Origin: an uncultured virus (IMG/VR IMGVR_UViG_3300032272_000004)
Lineage: Duplodnaviria > Heunggongvirae > Uroviricota > Caudoviricetes
Virus record (IMG/VR): IMGVR_UViG_3300032272_000004
DNA: 56,676 nt
Strand: one strand, 5' to 3'
The translations under genes and the position numbers were made by a program. Positions 16,914-27,323 of the stretch are shown piece by piece (the first letter of the stretch is position 1; every line of letters starts with the position of its first letter). The notes beneath the pieces are model-generated. The model was not told the origin of the DNA and did not search any database. It saw only the letters and a list, made by a program, of their open reading frames with translations.

Positions 16914-17768
16914 ATGTCTGTACCCGAACCGGCGATCGGTATCCCGTTGATCTTCAAGCCCGCAGCGGGCTTCGAGTCGATCTTTCAGGGCAAGGCAGCG
17001 GAAGCTGTGGTGGGCTCCAGCGTAGCTGATTCGATTCCATTCTATCGGTGGGACGAGGCGGCGCCGTCGCAGACAGCTGCCGCTGCTGGCAAGCCGGGCT
17101 TCGACCCAAACCTCATCAACATGGGCGACGTGCCCTACGGTGCGCGGTTGAAGGTGCAGATCCCGGTGATTGCAAACCCCGCGCTCGGGATCCTGCAGCA
17201 GTACCGCTACACGCCGATCTGGCGTGACGTGAGTCAGGGGGCCTATCGAGAGAAGCTGTCCCCACGATACAGTTTGCCGCGCACCACGGATGGCGCTCCG
17301 GATACCGGAGCCGTGCCCCCCGAGCGCAAGGTCGTCATCAGCACAGTGCAATGCCGCCAGGTCACGGCGGCCGGACTCATTGCGGGTGAGTACGAGACAC
17401 AGATTGTGCGGGAGTGGTTTGTGCCGGTGGCAACCCCAGCAGCTCCACCCGACCTGAACGCTGCGGGTACCGCCACGGGAACCTACACGCAGGGCGTGAG
17501 CGATCCTGCGGTCGACCCGTTTGCGAAGTTTGCCCGCTTCGTCGAATTCACCATCGAGGCCCAAGGCGACCAGCTCGGCTGGCTCTGCGAGCGTGTGCCG
17601 GTGGCCGCCGGACCCGCAGCCACCTGGGACTTCGCTACCGGGGCGGCAGACGTCCAGTTCTCACAGATCTACGGCACGGCCGAGTTGGATGTGCCGCACC
17701 CCCCTTATCTCGACGCGGGAATTTACGTCTTCCCGTTGAACAGCGCCTCGGTGCGCGAAGCGACCTAG
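16914..17768 (+). CDS. putative virion structural protein
   Basis: 284 aa, beta-strand/Pro/Ala-rich, in structural operon. Confidence 0.55.
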   Translation: MSVPEPAIGIPLIFKPAAGFESIFQGKAAEAVVGSSVADSIPFYRWDEAAPSQTAAAAGKPGFDPNLINMGDVPYGARLKVQIPVIANPALGILQQYRYTPIWRDVSQGAYREKLSPRYSLPRTTDGAPDTGAVPPERKVVISTVQCRQVTAAGLIAGEYETQIVREWFVPVATPAAPPDLNAAGTATGTYTQGVSDPAVDPFAKFARFVEFTIEAQGDQLGWLCERVPVAAGPAATWDFATGAADVQFSQIYGTAELDVPHPPYLDAGIYVFPLNSASVREAT

Positions 17769-17782
17769 CAGAGGAACACACC

Positions 17783-18307
17783 ATGAGTCAGAGCGGAGGA
17801 AGTAACACCGGTTGGAAGCATCGTGGCGCTCGTAACGAGCGTTGCGACTACTTCGACGACGTCATGAGCGACAACAAGCAGCATGGCATTTTCGCTGGTG
17901 AAGGCATCGAGGATTTCGAGGGACTCAAGGTCGAGCCCCAGGCCGACGGCATCAGTTGCGGCATGCACTGTCGCGGCTGCTCAGCTCAGGCTGACGTGGT
18001 GCTCTCGTGGCCGGAGATCTGGGTGATCGGCACGTATCAGTATCACAACATGCTCCCGCAGGACTGGTCCTACTCGCAGACCAATCAGGCGGCATTCCCG
18101 GCGAATACGCGTTGCCCGAGGTGCGACTTCAATCTCGTGGTGCACATCAAGCCGATGTGGGCGAAAGCGCAGATCGACGAGGCCCTGCGCACCGGGCTCG
18201 TGTCTGGTCCTGCTCTGCAGCAGGATCCGCAGGTGCAGTCCGTGGCTCAGGCCATGGCGCAGATCAACGCTCAGCGTCGTCATGGGCAGATGACCGGACA
18301 GAGGTGA
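17783..18307 (+). CDS. zinc-finger protein
   Basis: GAGGA RBS; CRGC and CPRC pairs. Confidence 0.6.
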   Translation: MSQSGGSNTGWKHRGARNERCDYFDDVMSDNKQHGIFAGEGIEDFEGLKVEPQADGISCGMHCRGCSAQADVVLSWPEIWVIGTYQYHNMLPQDWSYSQTNQAAFPANTRCPRCDFNLVVHIKPMWAKAQIDEALRTGLVSGPALQQDPQVQSVAQAMAQINAQRRHGQMTGQR

Positions 18308-18870
18308 GTACTTCCGGCGAGCGAGCTCGCCACGTGCTCGCCCCATTCTATTCCGAGATCCGCTCGCTCTACGTGGAAGAGGGCTTCGCACGGGTGAGTA
18401 AGACGCGGCTCCTGGTGAACAAGGATCTCCCAGGGATGCTGCGTGCCGCGGGCGTGCCGGTGCCAGCGCCGGAGCGTCTGCGTGCCGTTTGTCGGAACGA
18501 TGGCACGCAGATCAGCGCCGCCCCGATCCTCGCCGACGAGCCCGTGAGTCGAGTGGTCGCCATCCTGGCGCACGAACTGGGGCACGCCGTCGACTTCTCC
18601 TACCCAGGCCGCTTTCTGTGGCTCGAGGGAGCGCTCGTGGAAACGAACGCCTGGGAGGCCGACCCCGAGGAGCGCGCAGTCTACAACACGCTGCAGCAGT
18701 GGCATCAGCGCCCCGACCACGCAGTGGAGCGCACCGCGGACGCCCTGGCCGAGCTCGTTACTGGACGGGAAGTCTGGTACACGGGCCCGCTGCAGCTCCA
18801 GGACTTGGAGGCCGTGCCGGAGGCGGGTTTTGCGCCCCAGCGGCCCCGCCCGGAGGCTCTCGACGCGTAG
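18304..18870 (+). CDS. zincin-like metallopeptidase
   Basis: ILAHELGHA (HExxH) plus downstream E..AD..A. Confidence 0.65.
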   Translation: MSTSGERARHVLAPFYSEIRSLYVEEGFARVSKTRLLVNKDLPGMLRAAGVPVPAPERLRAVCRNDGTQISAAPILADEPVSRVVAILAHELGHAVDFSYPGRFLWLEGALVETNAWEADPEERAVYNTLQQWHQRPDHAVERTADALAELVTGREVWYTGPLQLQDLEAVPEAGFAPQRPRPEALDA

Positions 18871-18919
18871 GTGGGTCACTCGGTACCCACCCTGGGGTAA
18901 AAAAACACCTGGGTCGTGC

Positions 18920-18948
18920 TTGACCCACCGAGAAAGCCAGGATAGGTT
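18920..18948 (+). promoter_or_regulatory. putative promoter of core/capsid operon
   Basis: TTGACC-17nt-TAGGTT; GAGGTG RBS before ATG 19026. Confidence 0.5.
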
Positions 18949-19025
18949 GAAATCCTCAACACGGCTGACTGTTCTCGACCGCACACAGTCGCGCTCTGTT
19001 TTTACAACAGAGGTGCGCCTTTAAG

Positions 19026-21248
19026 ATGCGTCAAGGATACGGACACAGCTACCCGGTTTCGCGAAAGATCGCTCGTTCTTACGAGTACGATCCGGAGCCA
19101 TCCCGCGGCTACCGCCCGAACCCCATCGGGGTGACGCGGCTGCAGTCTGTCAACGGGCGCGGATCTCGCGCTCGTGCTTCCGATCTGCGCCCCAGTGAGC
19201 GGCGCGGAGTGGCCCGTCGTGTCGTGCGTCGCGCAGCTCCTGCTCGGACCACGCCGAATCGTCCTCGTGCTGCAACCGCCAAGCGGTCTGCCCAGTCTCC
19301 TGCGCAGAAGCGTGCACGTCGACGCGAGCAGGCTTTTCACCGCGCAGTCTCCGGCGGCAAGAGCAAGCAGGTGGCTGCCAAAGCCGCGCTGAAGAGCGTG
19401 CCGTTTACGGCAACGGAAAAGAAGGCGGGCAAGAGCTTCCGTGGCCAGTCGGCAGGCCGCACGACGGCCAAGCGTCGAGTGACCAAGAAGACGGTCGCCC
19501 GCAAGCGCACCCCTGCGCGCAGCAAGACGGTCGTCCGTCGCAAGAAAACCCCGAAGCGTGCCGCCAGCGGACGCTTCACCAAAAACGCTCGGGGCGCTTC
19601 GCGTCGCCGTACCTCCGGCCGGGGCAAGGCCTCAACCACAAGGAAAAACACAATGGCGATGACCAAAGCTGCGCGGTCCAAGGCTGCGAAAAAGGGCTGG
19701 GCCCGGAAACGACGCGCTGGAACCGCGAAGAAGAGCACGAAGCGTCGCACCACGCGTCGGCCCGCGGCCAAACGGCGTCGCACCACCACGCGTCGTCGCA
19801 CGACCGCCAAGCGCAACTCCAAGGGGCGGTTCGTGAAGAATGGTTCCGTGGTCCGTCGTCGCAAGAAGAGCACGACTCGTCGGCGTCCCGCCGCGAAGCG
19901 TCGCACGACCAAGCGCACGACCAAGCGTCGGGCTTACCGCCCCAACGCGAAGCGTCGCACGACTCGTGCCGTGACTCGTCGCAAGCCGGCGAAGCGGCGT
20001 AGCTACCGGGCCAACCGGGGCTTCACCAGCGCGACGGCGAAGAAAGCTGCGCGGAAGCGCTGGCGCAAGGCCGGTACCCGCGGTGGACGTGGCGCTCGTG
20101 GCGTGAAGCTCACTCGCGGCACCGCCTACTACAAGGGTCGCAAGCCCGCCGCGCTCAAGAATCGATCCAAGGTCGGTCGCAAGCGCATCCGGAAGCTTCC
20201 GAAGGGCCGCGTCTACCTGACCAACCGTCGAAGCACTGCCGCCAGTCGGTCTCGTGCCGCGAAGCTCGGGTGGAGTCGGCGTCGTCGGGGCGGAACTGCT
20301 CGTCGTCGCAGCTACACCAGCAACCGGTCCGTCGTGCGTCGTCGCAAGACCACGGCACGTCGTCGTCCGGGTCGGGTGTTCCGTCGCAACGGCAAGGGCA
20401 GCGTGATGGACCTGGTGAAGACCGGCGCCGTCGGCTTCGCGGGCTTCGGCGCGCAGAAGGGCATCACCGCAGCTCTCGACTACCAGATCGCCACGTACAT
20501 GGCGAAATCCGGAGCCACCGCTGGCTTCGAGCTTTCGCACTGGCGCAAGGCTGGCATCGGCGCGCTCGTTACCGCGCTCGGCGCCTACTCCTCGCTCCGC
20601 TTCATTGGCGGCCAGGCTGGCATGGCTTCGGCTGTGGGCATGGTGCTCTCCGAGCTCCACACCATCGCAGTCACGGCTCTCACGTCGTACCCCAGCACGG
20701 CTCAGTACGCTGGCTACCTCGCCGGCGTCCCGGGTCGAGCGGCTGCCATCGGTGGTCTCGGTGCTTACGTGCGCCGCGGCGCTCCGCAGCAGAGCATTCT
20801 CCCCGAGTACGTCCCCACGGGCCGTCCGGGTGGCATGCAGCAAGCGGTCGCGATGTCCGGCGGCATGGGTGAGTACTTCCAGGCCTCGGGCGTGGGTGAG
20901 TACTTCGCCAGTGGCGTGCAGGGTGTCGGTCACTACGAGTCTGCTGGCCCCATGGCCATCCAGGCCTCGGCAGGGGTCGGCCAGAACATCGACGACGGTC
21001 TGCGTCCCGATGGCAACTTGGACCAGGCGATGCAGCTCGCGGAGGCCCAGGCGGGCGTCGGCGGAAGCATCGGCGAGTTCTTCACCGCTGGCTCCGGTGG
21101 CGGCCAGCAACGTGTACCCGCTCGCAGTGAGTGGGTCCCCAACAACCCCCTGTGGGCTGGCACCAAGCCTGCCGCTGACAGCGCTGCGACGAGCGAGCTG
21201 AAGGCCGGCATGTTCGAGACCTCCGGAGACAACGGAATCTTCGGCTGA
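19026..21248 (+). CDS. Arg/Lys-rich DNA-condensing core-like protein with membrane segment
   Basis: About 460 aa of R/K/T/A/S-rich repeats, then hydrophobic helices and Gly-rich tail; second RBS+ATG at 19653. Confidence 0.75.
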   Translation: MRQGYGHSYPVSRKIARSYEYDPEPSRGYRPNPIGVTRLQSVNGRGSRARASDLRPSERRGVARRVVRRAAPARTTPNRPRAATAKRSAQSPAQKRARRREQAFHRAVSGGKSKQVAAKAALKSVPFTATEKKAGKSFRGQSAGRTTAKRRVTKKTVARKRTPARSKTVVRRKKTPKRAASGRFTKNARGASRRRTSGRGKASTTRKNTMAMTKAARSKAAKKGWARKRRAGTAKKSTKRRTTRRPAAKRRRTTTRRRTTAKRNSKGRFVKNGSVVRRRKKSTTRRRPAAKRRTTKRTTKRRAYRPNAKRRTTRAVTRRKPAKRRSYRANRGFTSATAKKAARKRWRKAGTRGGRGARGVKLTRGTAYYKGRKPAALKNRSKVGRKRIRKLPKGRVYLTNRRSTAASRSRAAKLGWSRRRRGGTARRRSYTSNRSVVRRRKTTARRRPGRVFRRNGKGSVMDLVKTGAVGFAGFGAQKGITAALDYQIATYMAKSGATAGFELSHWRKAGIGALVTALGAYSSLRFIGGQAGMASAVGMVLSELHTIAVTALTSYPSTAQYAGYLAGVPGRAAAIGGLGAYVRRGAPQQSILPEYVPTGRPGGMQQAVAMSGGMGEYFQASGVGEYFASGVQGVGHYESAGPMAIQASAGVGQNIDDGLRPDGNLDQAMQLAEAQAGVGGSIGEFFTAGSGGGQQRVPARSEWVPNNPLWAGTKPAADSAATSELKAGMFETSGDNGIFG

Positions 21249-21355
21249 CACCCACCGCTCGGCGGCGCTAGTCGCCGAGCACCAAACTCCTCGATGGGAC
21301 GCCTACCCCATCTCAAAAAACGGCTTTCTACCCAAACCCAGAGGCGAGTATTACC

Positions 21356-22111
21356 ATGGCAAAATTGACGAATGTGCGTGAGCGCGTCCACCAGCCCTTC
21401 TACGACAGTCTCGTGCGGACTGCCGGCTACGGCGGGGTCAACCTGAACGACCAGACCGACCTGTTCACGCAGGCTGGCAAGTCGCAGGGCGAGACCAACC
21501 TGAAGCAGGGCTCGGTCCTGCCTTCCGACCAGTCCCACGTGACCTTGGCGCTTCGCGCCTTCCTGTGGGCTCGTCCCCCGGTCGTGCGTAGTGCGGCCCC
21601 GGTGTCTGGCCAACAGCTGGCCCGGAACGGCGACGTGGACCCGCTGCTCTTGAACGCGTTCTTCACCACGGGTGTGGGAACCGGCCAGGCGCTCGCGGAC
21701 TACCACGACGTGCACCGCTTCTACCACCAGGGTCTGGAGCAGTTGCACTTCACGTATGGCACAGGTGAGAAGCCCAGTATCACCAATATGCCTGCAAAAT
21801 ATTTTCCAGATGGAGGGGGTCTCCATGGGGATTTGGGCGGCGTGTCGGACATCGTGCACTGGAACAACGGCGACCCCAGCCAGGCTTCCATCACTCGGTT
21901 GGCTCGCGCCATCCTCCTGCCCCCGCGCCAGAACGTGCTCTGCCAGGCGAACATCTTCGCTCTGCCGGAGAACGGTCAGTCGGCGAACATCGGCTCGGTG
22001 CAGGGCAACCGGAACATGAACAGTTTCCGGGACAACGTGAACGCCATCGACGGAATGCCCAAGGTGGTGCAGTTCTGTTTCGACGGTCTGTTCGCACGCG
22101 ACGTACAATGA
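21356..22111 (+). CDS. putative major capsid protein (single jelly-roll type)
   Basis: 251 aa directly after core protein, followed by terminators; QPFYD...LF...TNL..G.LP pattern and alternating beta-strand composition (fold inferred). Confidence 0.55.
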   Translation: MAKLTNVRERVHQPFYDSLVRTAGYGGVNLNDQTDLFTQAGKSQGETNLKQGSVLPSDQSHVTLALRAFLWARPPVVRSAAPVSGQQLARNGDVDPLLLNAFFTTGVGTGQALADYHDVHRFYHQGLEQLHFTYGTGEKPSITNMPAKYFPDGGGLHGDLGGVSDIVHWNNGDPSQASITRLARAILLPPRQNVLCQANIFALPENGQSANIGSVQGNRNMNSFRDNVNAIDGMPKVVQFCFDGLFARDVQ

Positions 22112-22118
22112 GGAAACA

Positions 22119-22145
22119 CTTCCCGATGCCTCGTGCATCGGGAAG
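22119..22145 (+). terminator. stem-loop after putative capsid gene
   Basis: Perfect 11-bp stem CTTCCCGATGC/GCATCGGGAAG. Confidence 0.5.
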
Positions 22146-22197
22146 CCTCGTGTGCCGCGTGACCGAGTTCACGTAGTATTCGCCAACGGCCCGGACG

Positions 22198-22237
22198 GCC
22201 CGGGCGTCCACCAGGACGGCCCGGGCTTTCGTGTTTT
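22198..22237 (+). terminator. intrinsic terminator
   Basis: GCCCGGGCGTCC-ACCA-GGACGGCCCGGGC followed by TTTCGTGTTTT. Confidence 0.6.
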
Positions 22238-22321
22238 GAACCTTGCCACAGCGCCCCTCCCGCTGTGCGAGTATCGTCAGGAGGTGTACCCTCTACCCGA
22301 GTTTCGGAGACCCCCCCAAAA

Positions 22322-23290
22322 ATGCATCCCTTCCAAGAAGAACTTCAGCGCCTGAGCCAGGCGATGAACCAGATCCAGCGCGGCCACAACTTCCTCGGCT
22401 CGGCACTGCGCCGCCAGGAGGACCGGGACGGCGCGCTGATGCAGCAGCTCAAAGACCTGTCGACGGTCCTCGAGCACACGACCCAGAACAACAAGGGCAC
22501 CTCGGTCTACGGTGAGGGAATCGAGCGCATCGAGTCCATTCCGGGTCGCCGCGTGCCTTTCGATATGGTGCTCGAGATCCCCATCGGGGACGACATCGAC
22601 ACCAAGCTCCAGGACAGCGTCCCGATCAGCAACACCGGCCCCTTCGTGGCCGTGGCTCGCATGGCGACGTTTCTGTCCGAGTACCAGTTCTCGGTGGTCG
22701 ACCAGGAGACCCTCGCGGTCTCGAGCTTCAACGGTCGCTCCTTCGGTCGCTATCGGCCGATCCACTCCGCGTGGGACATCAACGACGGCGCCCTCGACCC
22801 CCAGGGAGCCCTGGGAGCCCTCGCAGCTCCGGGCACCGGCGCTCCGTTCTGGACGAGCCCCACGACGCACTCGCCCTTCCGGACGATGCAGACCGATCTG
22901 CGGATCAAGCAGAGCGAGGGAGGCAGCTCCTACCCTCGGAGCAACCGTCCGGTCCCGTCGCCGTTCTGGACGACCCAGATCAACAGCCCCTTCCCTCTCG
23001 GCGCGCTCGACTTCTACGCTCGCAACGAGGTCGTGGATTTCGAGGTGACGCCGAGTCACACCAACAACCCGGAGGCCGGCAACCTGCAGGCCTTCGCGAC
23101 CCCGCCCTACCCGTTTCTGGGGCAGCAGTTCGACCACCACGAGGGCATCGCTGATCCGCAGCTCGGCTCGGTGGGTGCCGACGATCCGGATCCCGTGACC
23201 CGGCTCCCTCGAGGCACGCTGTTCGTGGTCCTCCACGGCTACCGCATCATTCAGCCGCCTGGTGTCCTGGGCACTGGACACGGTAGCTGA
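22322..23290 (+). CDS. putative capsid/vertex protein (N-terminal coiled coil + beta-rich domain)
   Basis: Heptad N-terminus; beta-strand patterns (VPFDMVLEIPI, PFVAVA, LFVVLHGYRI). Confidence 0.55.
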   Translation: MHPFQEELQRLSQAMNQIQRGHNFLGSALRRQEDRDGALMQQLKDLSTVLEHTTQNNKGTSVYGEGIERIESIPGRRVPFDMVLEIPIGDDIDTKLQDSVPISNTGPFVAVARMATFLSEYQFSVVDQETLAVSSFNGRSFGRYRPIHSAWDINDGALDPQGALGALAAPGTGAPFWTSPTTHSPFRTMQTDLRIKQSEGGSSYPRSNRPVPSPFWTTQINSPFPLGALDFYARNEVVDFEVTPSHTNNPEAGNLQAFATPPYPFLGQQFDHHEGIADPQLGSVGADDPDPVTRLPRGTLFVVLHGYRIIQPPGVLGTGHGS

Positions 23291-24111
23291 TGGGCAACCG
23301 ACCCCCCACGGAGCAAGAGGCGCAGGCTGCACTGAAGCGCCTGGGTGGGGGCGGAGGTGCGCCTCTTTTTGGTACCGATAACCGCCCCGCTGCTCGACCC
23401 GATCCGGCCACGGAGACTCAATTCGGTGCACCGGGGCCGGCGGCGCACACGCTTCGCACAACTCTCGCGGGCGGCGGTTTCGAGACTGCCACGCTGCCTG
23501 ACGGTGTCGTGCCCTTCGAGCGGCTGGACCGGCGCTACCCGGCCGATGGCATCCACAGCACCCGCACGAGCCCCCAGCGGCCGGTGCGGATCCCGCTGAG
23601 CTCGTTTCGCGTCCCGGACAATCAGGCGCTCCTGATCTACGACTTCAAGCCTCGAATCTATCGCTTCAGCGGGCTCGATCCGTTCGATTACGTGCAGATC
23701 GATCCCGAGAGCTTGAGCGCCCAGGTGGGCTGGGATTTCCGAATCGGTACCGACCGCCAGGGCAACACCCAGTTCCAGCTCCTGCCGATCGCTGGCACGC
23801 TGCCCTTGCAGCGCGCGGGTCAGAGCAATGCCGCGGCGTTTGCGAAGGCCGCGGCCAATGCGGGCGCCTCGAGCGCAGTCGGTACCGGGCTCGTGCCTCA
23901 GCGTCGCGAGCGCTTCGGCTCGCCGGCGCCGGCGCCCTGGACGCTGATCGCTACAGACGGTAATACGGTCGAATCTGCCGCAGTGGTGTTTCGGCCGATT
24001 GGTCAACCGATTGCTTTTTTCGAGTTCTCATACAGCGGCTACCAGGTCCCGAGGTCACTGGCCACGAAGCTGTTCGAGTCGATCGGGTTCGTGCCCGGGG
24101 GCCGTTGGTGA
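23290..24111 (+). CDS. putative jelly-roll virion protein
   Basis: FRVPDNQALLIYDF...FEFSYSGY beta-rich pattern; TGATG coupling. Confidence 0.5.
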   Translation: MGNRPPTEQEAQAALKRLGGGGGAPLFGTDNRPAARPDPATETQFGAPGPAAHTLRTTLAGGGFETATLPDGVVPFERLDRRYPADGIHSTRTSPQRPVRIPLSSFRVPDNQALLIYDFKPRIYRFSGLDPFDYVQIDPESLSAQVGWDFRIGTDRQGNTQFQLLPIAGTLPLQRAGQSNAAAFAKAAANAGASSAVGTGLVPQRRERFGSPAPAPWTLIATDGNTVESAAVVFRPIGQPIAFFEFSYSGYQVPRSLATKLFESIGFVPGGRW

Positions 24112-24244
24112 TGATGATCTCATGTGCAGTAGGCGGTTCCTCGGCGGGCGTTGGGACGTCGAGCGGCATGGACAGTCGTTCGAGCTCCCGGTGTTCGGGG
24201 TCGTGCGAGGGACCGCCTACTGCGCATGAGAGGATTGGTGCATC

Positions 24245-25177
24245 ATGAAGAAGCGTCGAATCAACCGTCACATCGGACCCTTCGAGTTCGATCGCAGCGG
24301 TACCGGGGCCATCCCGACGATTCCTGGGGTGCCGACCTCCGTCAATGATCTGCTGGGCCAGCTCAGCAATCTGACTCTCGGCAACTTCAATCCGTTGCAG
24401 CCGGCGCCTGGCATCGTGCCTGGGCTTCCGGCTCAGCCCGCGCTCCCCGAGGGCGCTGGATCGCTGGGTGATCTGATCGGGGCGCTCCCGATTGGCACCG
24501 TGCTGACCCCCTGGGCAGTGCAGAAGAGCGATGTCAAGTGGGATTCGATTGGCGAGTCTCCGGTCAACTACGCCGTCCAGGATATCGGCATCGCGCTGAC
24601 GGTGTTGCAGGGCGCCACTGTGGGGATGCCCCTCACCATCGCCTTCATGTCGAAGGACCCGCGCCCGCTCTCTCTGGTGCAGGCGGCCTTCGCGGGAACG
24701 GCCTACGCCTACTCGAGCACCCAGGCCTGCTACGCGCAGACCGATCCGAATACGCCTCCATCCATCATCTTCCTGCACTGGGGCACGCTGCGTAACACCC
24801 AGAGTGGATCGCAGAGTCTCGAGCTTTCGGCTGCGAGCATCGGCGCCAAGGCGGTCTTCGCCTACCCGATCGATTCGCGGACCAGCACGTCGCGTGGAGC
24901 CCCTGGTGGCTTCGGGGGCGCCTATCAGTCCCAGTACGGTATCACCGTCAGCGTGACGCCGGCCCCGAACGAGGTGCCTCCGCCCAGTCTTCCGCCGCTG
25001 CCGCCCCCGGTCGACCCGCAAGTGCCGATTCCTCCGGGCGGAGCTACGGACCCGCTGCCTCCCGGCACCACTCAGCCCGGAACGGCGAGGGCCGGGATGT
25101 CTTGGGGCCTGATCGGCGCGGTAGGAGGGTTGAGTGCCCTCATTGGTTACGGCATCGTGTGGGCATGGAGACGATGA
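24245..25177 (+). CDS. virion membrane protein, C-terminal TM anchor
   Basis: GAGGA RBS; Pro-rich linker then TM and WRR. Confidence 0.7.
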   Translation: MKKRRINRHIGPFEFDRSGTGAIPTIPGVPTSVNDLLGQLSNLTLGNFNPLQPAPGIVPGLPAQPALPEGAGSLGDLIGALPIGTVLTPWAVQKSDVKWDSIGESPVNYAVQDIGIALTVLQGATVGMPLTIAFMSKDPRPLSLVQAAFAGTAYAYSSTQACYAQTDPNTPPSIIFLHWGTLRNTQSGSQSLELSAASIGAKAVFAYPIDSRTSTSRGAPGGFGGAYQSQYGITVSVTPAPNEVPPPSLPPLPPPVDPQVPIPPGGATDPLPPGTTQPGTARAGMSWGLIGAVGGLSALIGYGIVWAWRR

Positions 25178-25653
25178 ACATGCAAGATTTTCCAAACCTC
25201 GACCTCTCGATGATGGAGGGCGCCGCCGAGGATCCCTCGCTGCAGCTCCTGCAGGGGGGCATGGCCGCACAGCAGCCGATGTCACAAATGGATCCCAGCC
25301 ATTTGGAACAGATGCAGCAGCAGCCCATGCCTCCGCCGGTGCAGCAGCAGCAGCCTATGCCGCCCCTGCAGCCGCAGATGCAGCCGCAGCCGATGCCGCA
25401 GCAGCCCATGCAGCCGCAACCGATGCCGCAGCCCATGCCGGGCGGTCGTATCGAGCGCGCAGAAGACCTTCTGGGCCCAAACCTCGTGGCTCCTCAGATG
25501 CAGCTCCCGAACGGGCAGCTGGCGCCGCTGCCTGGGGCTCCCCAGGCTCCGCCCAAGAAAATCGCCTGGTACTGGTGGGCACTCGGTGCTGTCGGAGTCG
25601 CGGCTGCCGCTGGCGGCGGCTACTACTACTACACCCGGAAGGATGACGACTGA
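25174..25653 (+). CDS. Gln/Pro/Met-rich protein with C-terminal TM anchor
   Basis: QPM repeats; WYWWALGAVGVAAAAGGGYYYY-RK. Confidence 0.7.
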   Translation: MNMQDFPNLDLSMMEGAAEDPSLQLLQGGMAAQQPMSQMDPSHLEQMQQQPMPPPVQQQQPMPPLQPQMQPQPMPQQPMQPQPMPQPMPGGRIERAEDLLGPNLVAPQMQLPNGQLAPLPGAPQAPPKKIAWYWWALGAVGVAAAAGGGYYYYTRKDDD

Positions 25654-26264
25654 TGCTCGGTCAAGCGATGTTCAACGAATCGGTGATCCCGCAGCAGCAG
25701 AACCCTGCGGACCATCGATTTCAGACCCCCAATCAGCACTTCTACGGAGAGTTTCCGGATCGTGTGGACGAGTCGACACCCCAGCGTCTGGCGATGGTGA
25801 CGCCCAAGATGTACTCGTCGCCCTCGACTGCCGACATGACCCGTGCGGATACTCCATCGGCGATCACCCCACAAGACGGCTGTCTGAATGCCCAGGATTT
25901 CGGCGGCGTGGCGGCGTGCGTCGGCTTCCCGGGGATCCCCGGGTGTGAGTCGCTTCTGCCGCGAGCCAATCAGCCTCTCTGCAATCCCCAGGACTACACG
26001 CCCCAGGACTGCGCGTCACTCCTCGCCGCCGTTCCACTGGCCACGGGCCAGGAGATGATCCGCTACTGCGACGAGTACGGAACTGCGGGTCCAGACGGGA
26101 CCAAAAACACCTTCTGCTACACCCTGTTCAAGCTGCCGGACTACGAAGCTCAGGCTCGTGCCTGCTACGGCGTCGAGAAGGGGATGAGCACTCGAACCAT
26201 GGCTCTGGGAGGCCTCTTGCTGCTGCTCTTGGGTGGCGGCGCCTACTACTACTACAAGCGCTAA
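25653..26264 (+). CDS. Cys-rich protein with C-terminal TM anchor
   Basis: Eight Cys; LGGLLLLLLGGGAYYYYKR. Confidence 0.7.
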   Translation: MLGQAMFNESVIPQQQNPADHRFQTPNQHFYGEFPDRVDESTPQRLAMVTPKMYSSPSTADMTRADTPSAITPQDGCLNAQDFGGVAACVGFPGIPGCESLLPRANQPLCNPQDYTPQDCASLLAAVPLATGQEMIRYCDEYGTAGPDGTKNTFCYTLFKLPDYEAQARACYGVEKGMSTRTMALGGLLLLLLGGGAYYYYKR

Positions 26265-26268
26265 CGGA

Positions 26269-26508
26269 ATGGACCTGGATCAACTCGCAGCCCTCGGCGA
26301 TGCAGCGATGCAAGTCGGCCCGATCATGAATCGGGTAGGCGAGACTCCATGGTCTCTCGCCGGTCGCGTGCTGGGCCTGGGCAAGGCCGAGCAGGCGGCG
26401 GGCATTCCGAAATGGGGCTGGTTTACTGCGGGACTGCTATTTGGCGGTACCGCTATTTACTTCGCGGCACCTCATCTGCCGCGTCGATCCGGGAGCAACG
26501 ACAAATGA
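26269..26508 (+). CDS. small membrane protein
   Basis: C-terminal TM WGWFTAGLLFGGTAIYF. Confidence 0.6.
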   Translation: MDLDQLAALGDAAMQVGPIMNRVGETPWSLAGRVLGLGKAEQAAGIPKWGWFTAGLLFGGTAIYFAAPHLPRRSGSNDK

Positions 26509-27323
26509 GCTACTACATGGCAAAGGGCAGTCCCGTAACCGCCGCCGCCGCAGGCGTCGGAGCACTCCCGCCGCAGGCCGCGGCCGGGCTCGGGTCCAAT
26601 CGGCTGCACGCATGGCGTGACGGCGTTTTCACGCGCGGGATGTCCGGGCTTCCGCCGCAAGCGGCAGCGGGCCTCGGGTCCAACCGGCTGCGGGCCTACG
26701 CGGACGGCGTGTTCTCGGCGTCTTGCGCGAGCTGCGGGCCCGAGACCAATCCCTACCCGCTCCGCGCTTACACCGACGGGTACCTCGGAGGCTTGGGGGC
26801 CGACGAGCGCTCGACATTCACGGATCCGCTGCTGGCCGAGGGCATCCTCGACCTGAGCAATCCGGCAGTGATGTACCAGTTCAAGCGGGTACTCTCGTAC
26901 ATCAAGTTCCGTCAGGGGGCTATGGAGCCCACGGGGGGGCTCTCCGCGGCCTCCCTCGACAATCCTGACTGGGACAACGAGGCAGCCAGCCTCTACAAGG
27001 ATTGGGTGAGGAGCATCGGTGGACCCCCCAGCGCCGAGGGGATGATGATCACCTCCAACGGCCTGCCGACGGTGCAGGGCGCGGTGCTGCTGGTCATCAC
27101 CAACGAGGCGGAGATGATCGAGGCCATGGGAGCGCAGCCTGCGGCGAACTTCGCCGGCCTGCACTGGCCCTCGGTCGCGATCTGGGCCGGCAACGCTCGC
27201 CAGGACGAATCGAAGGCCTCGATCAAGTTCTCGTCCAGCATGAAGGCCGGCATGAGCCCCACCCTGTGGTACGTCGGGGGTGGCGTACTCGCCGCCGGCG
27301 TCCTGTGGGCCGTCTTTCGCTAG
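26505..27323 (+). CDS. virion membrane protein with repeated QAAAGLG motif
   Basis: Duplicated LPPQAAAGLGSNRL.A..DGVF; C-terminal TM. Confidence 0.7.
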   Translation: MSYYMAKGSPVTAAAAGVGALPPQAAAGLGSNRLHAWRDGVFTRGMSGLPPQAAAGLGSNRLRAYADGVFSASCASCGPETNPYPLRAYTDGYLGGLGADERSTFTDPLLAEGILDLSNPAVMYQFKRVLSYIKFRQGAMEPTGGLSAASLDNPDWDNEAASLYKDWVRSIGGPPSAEGMMITSNGLPTVQGAVLLVITNEAEMIEAMGAQPAANFAGLHWPSVAIWAGNARQDESKASIKFSSSMKAGMSPTLWYVGGGVLAAGVLWAVFR

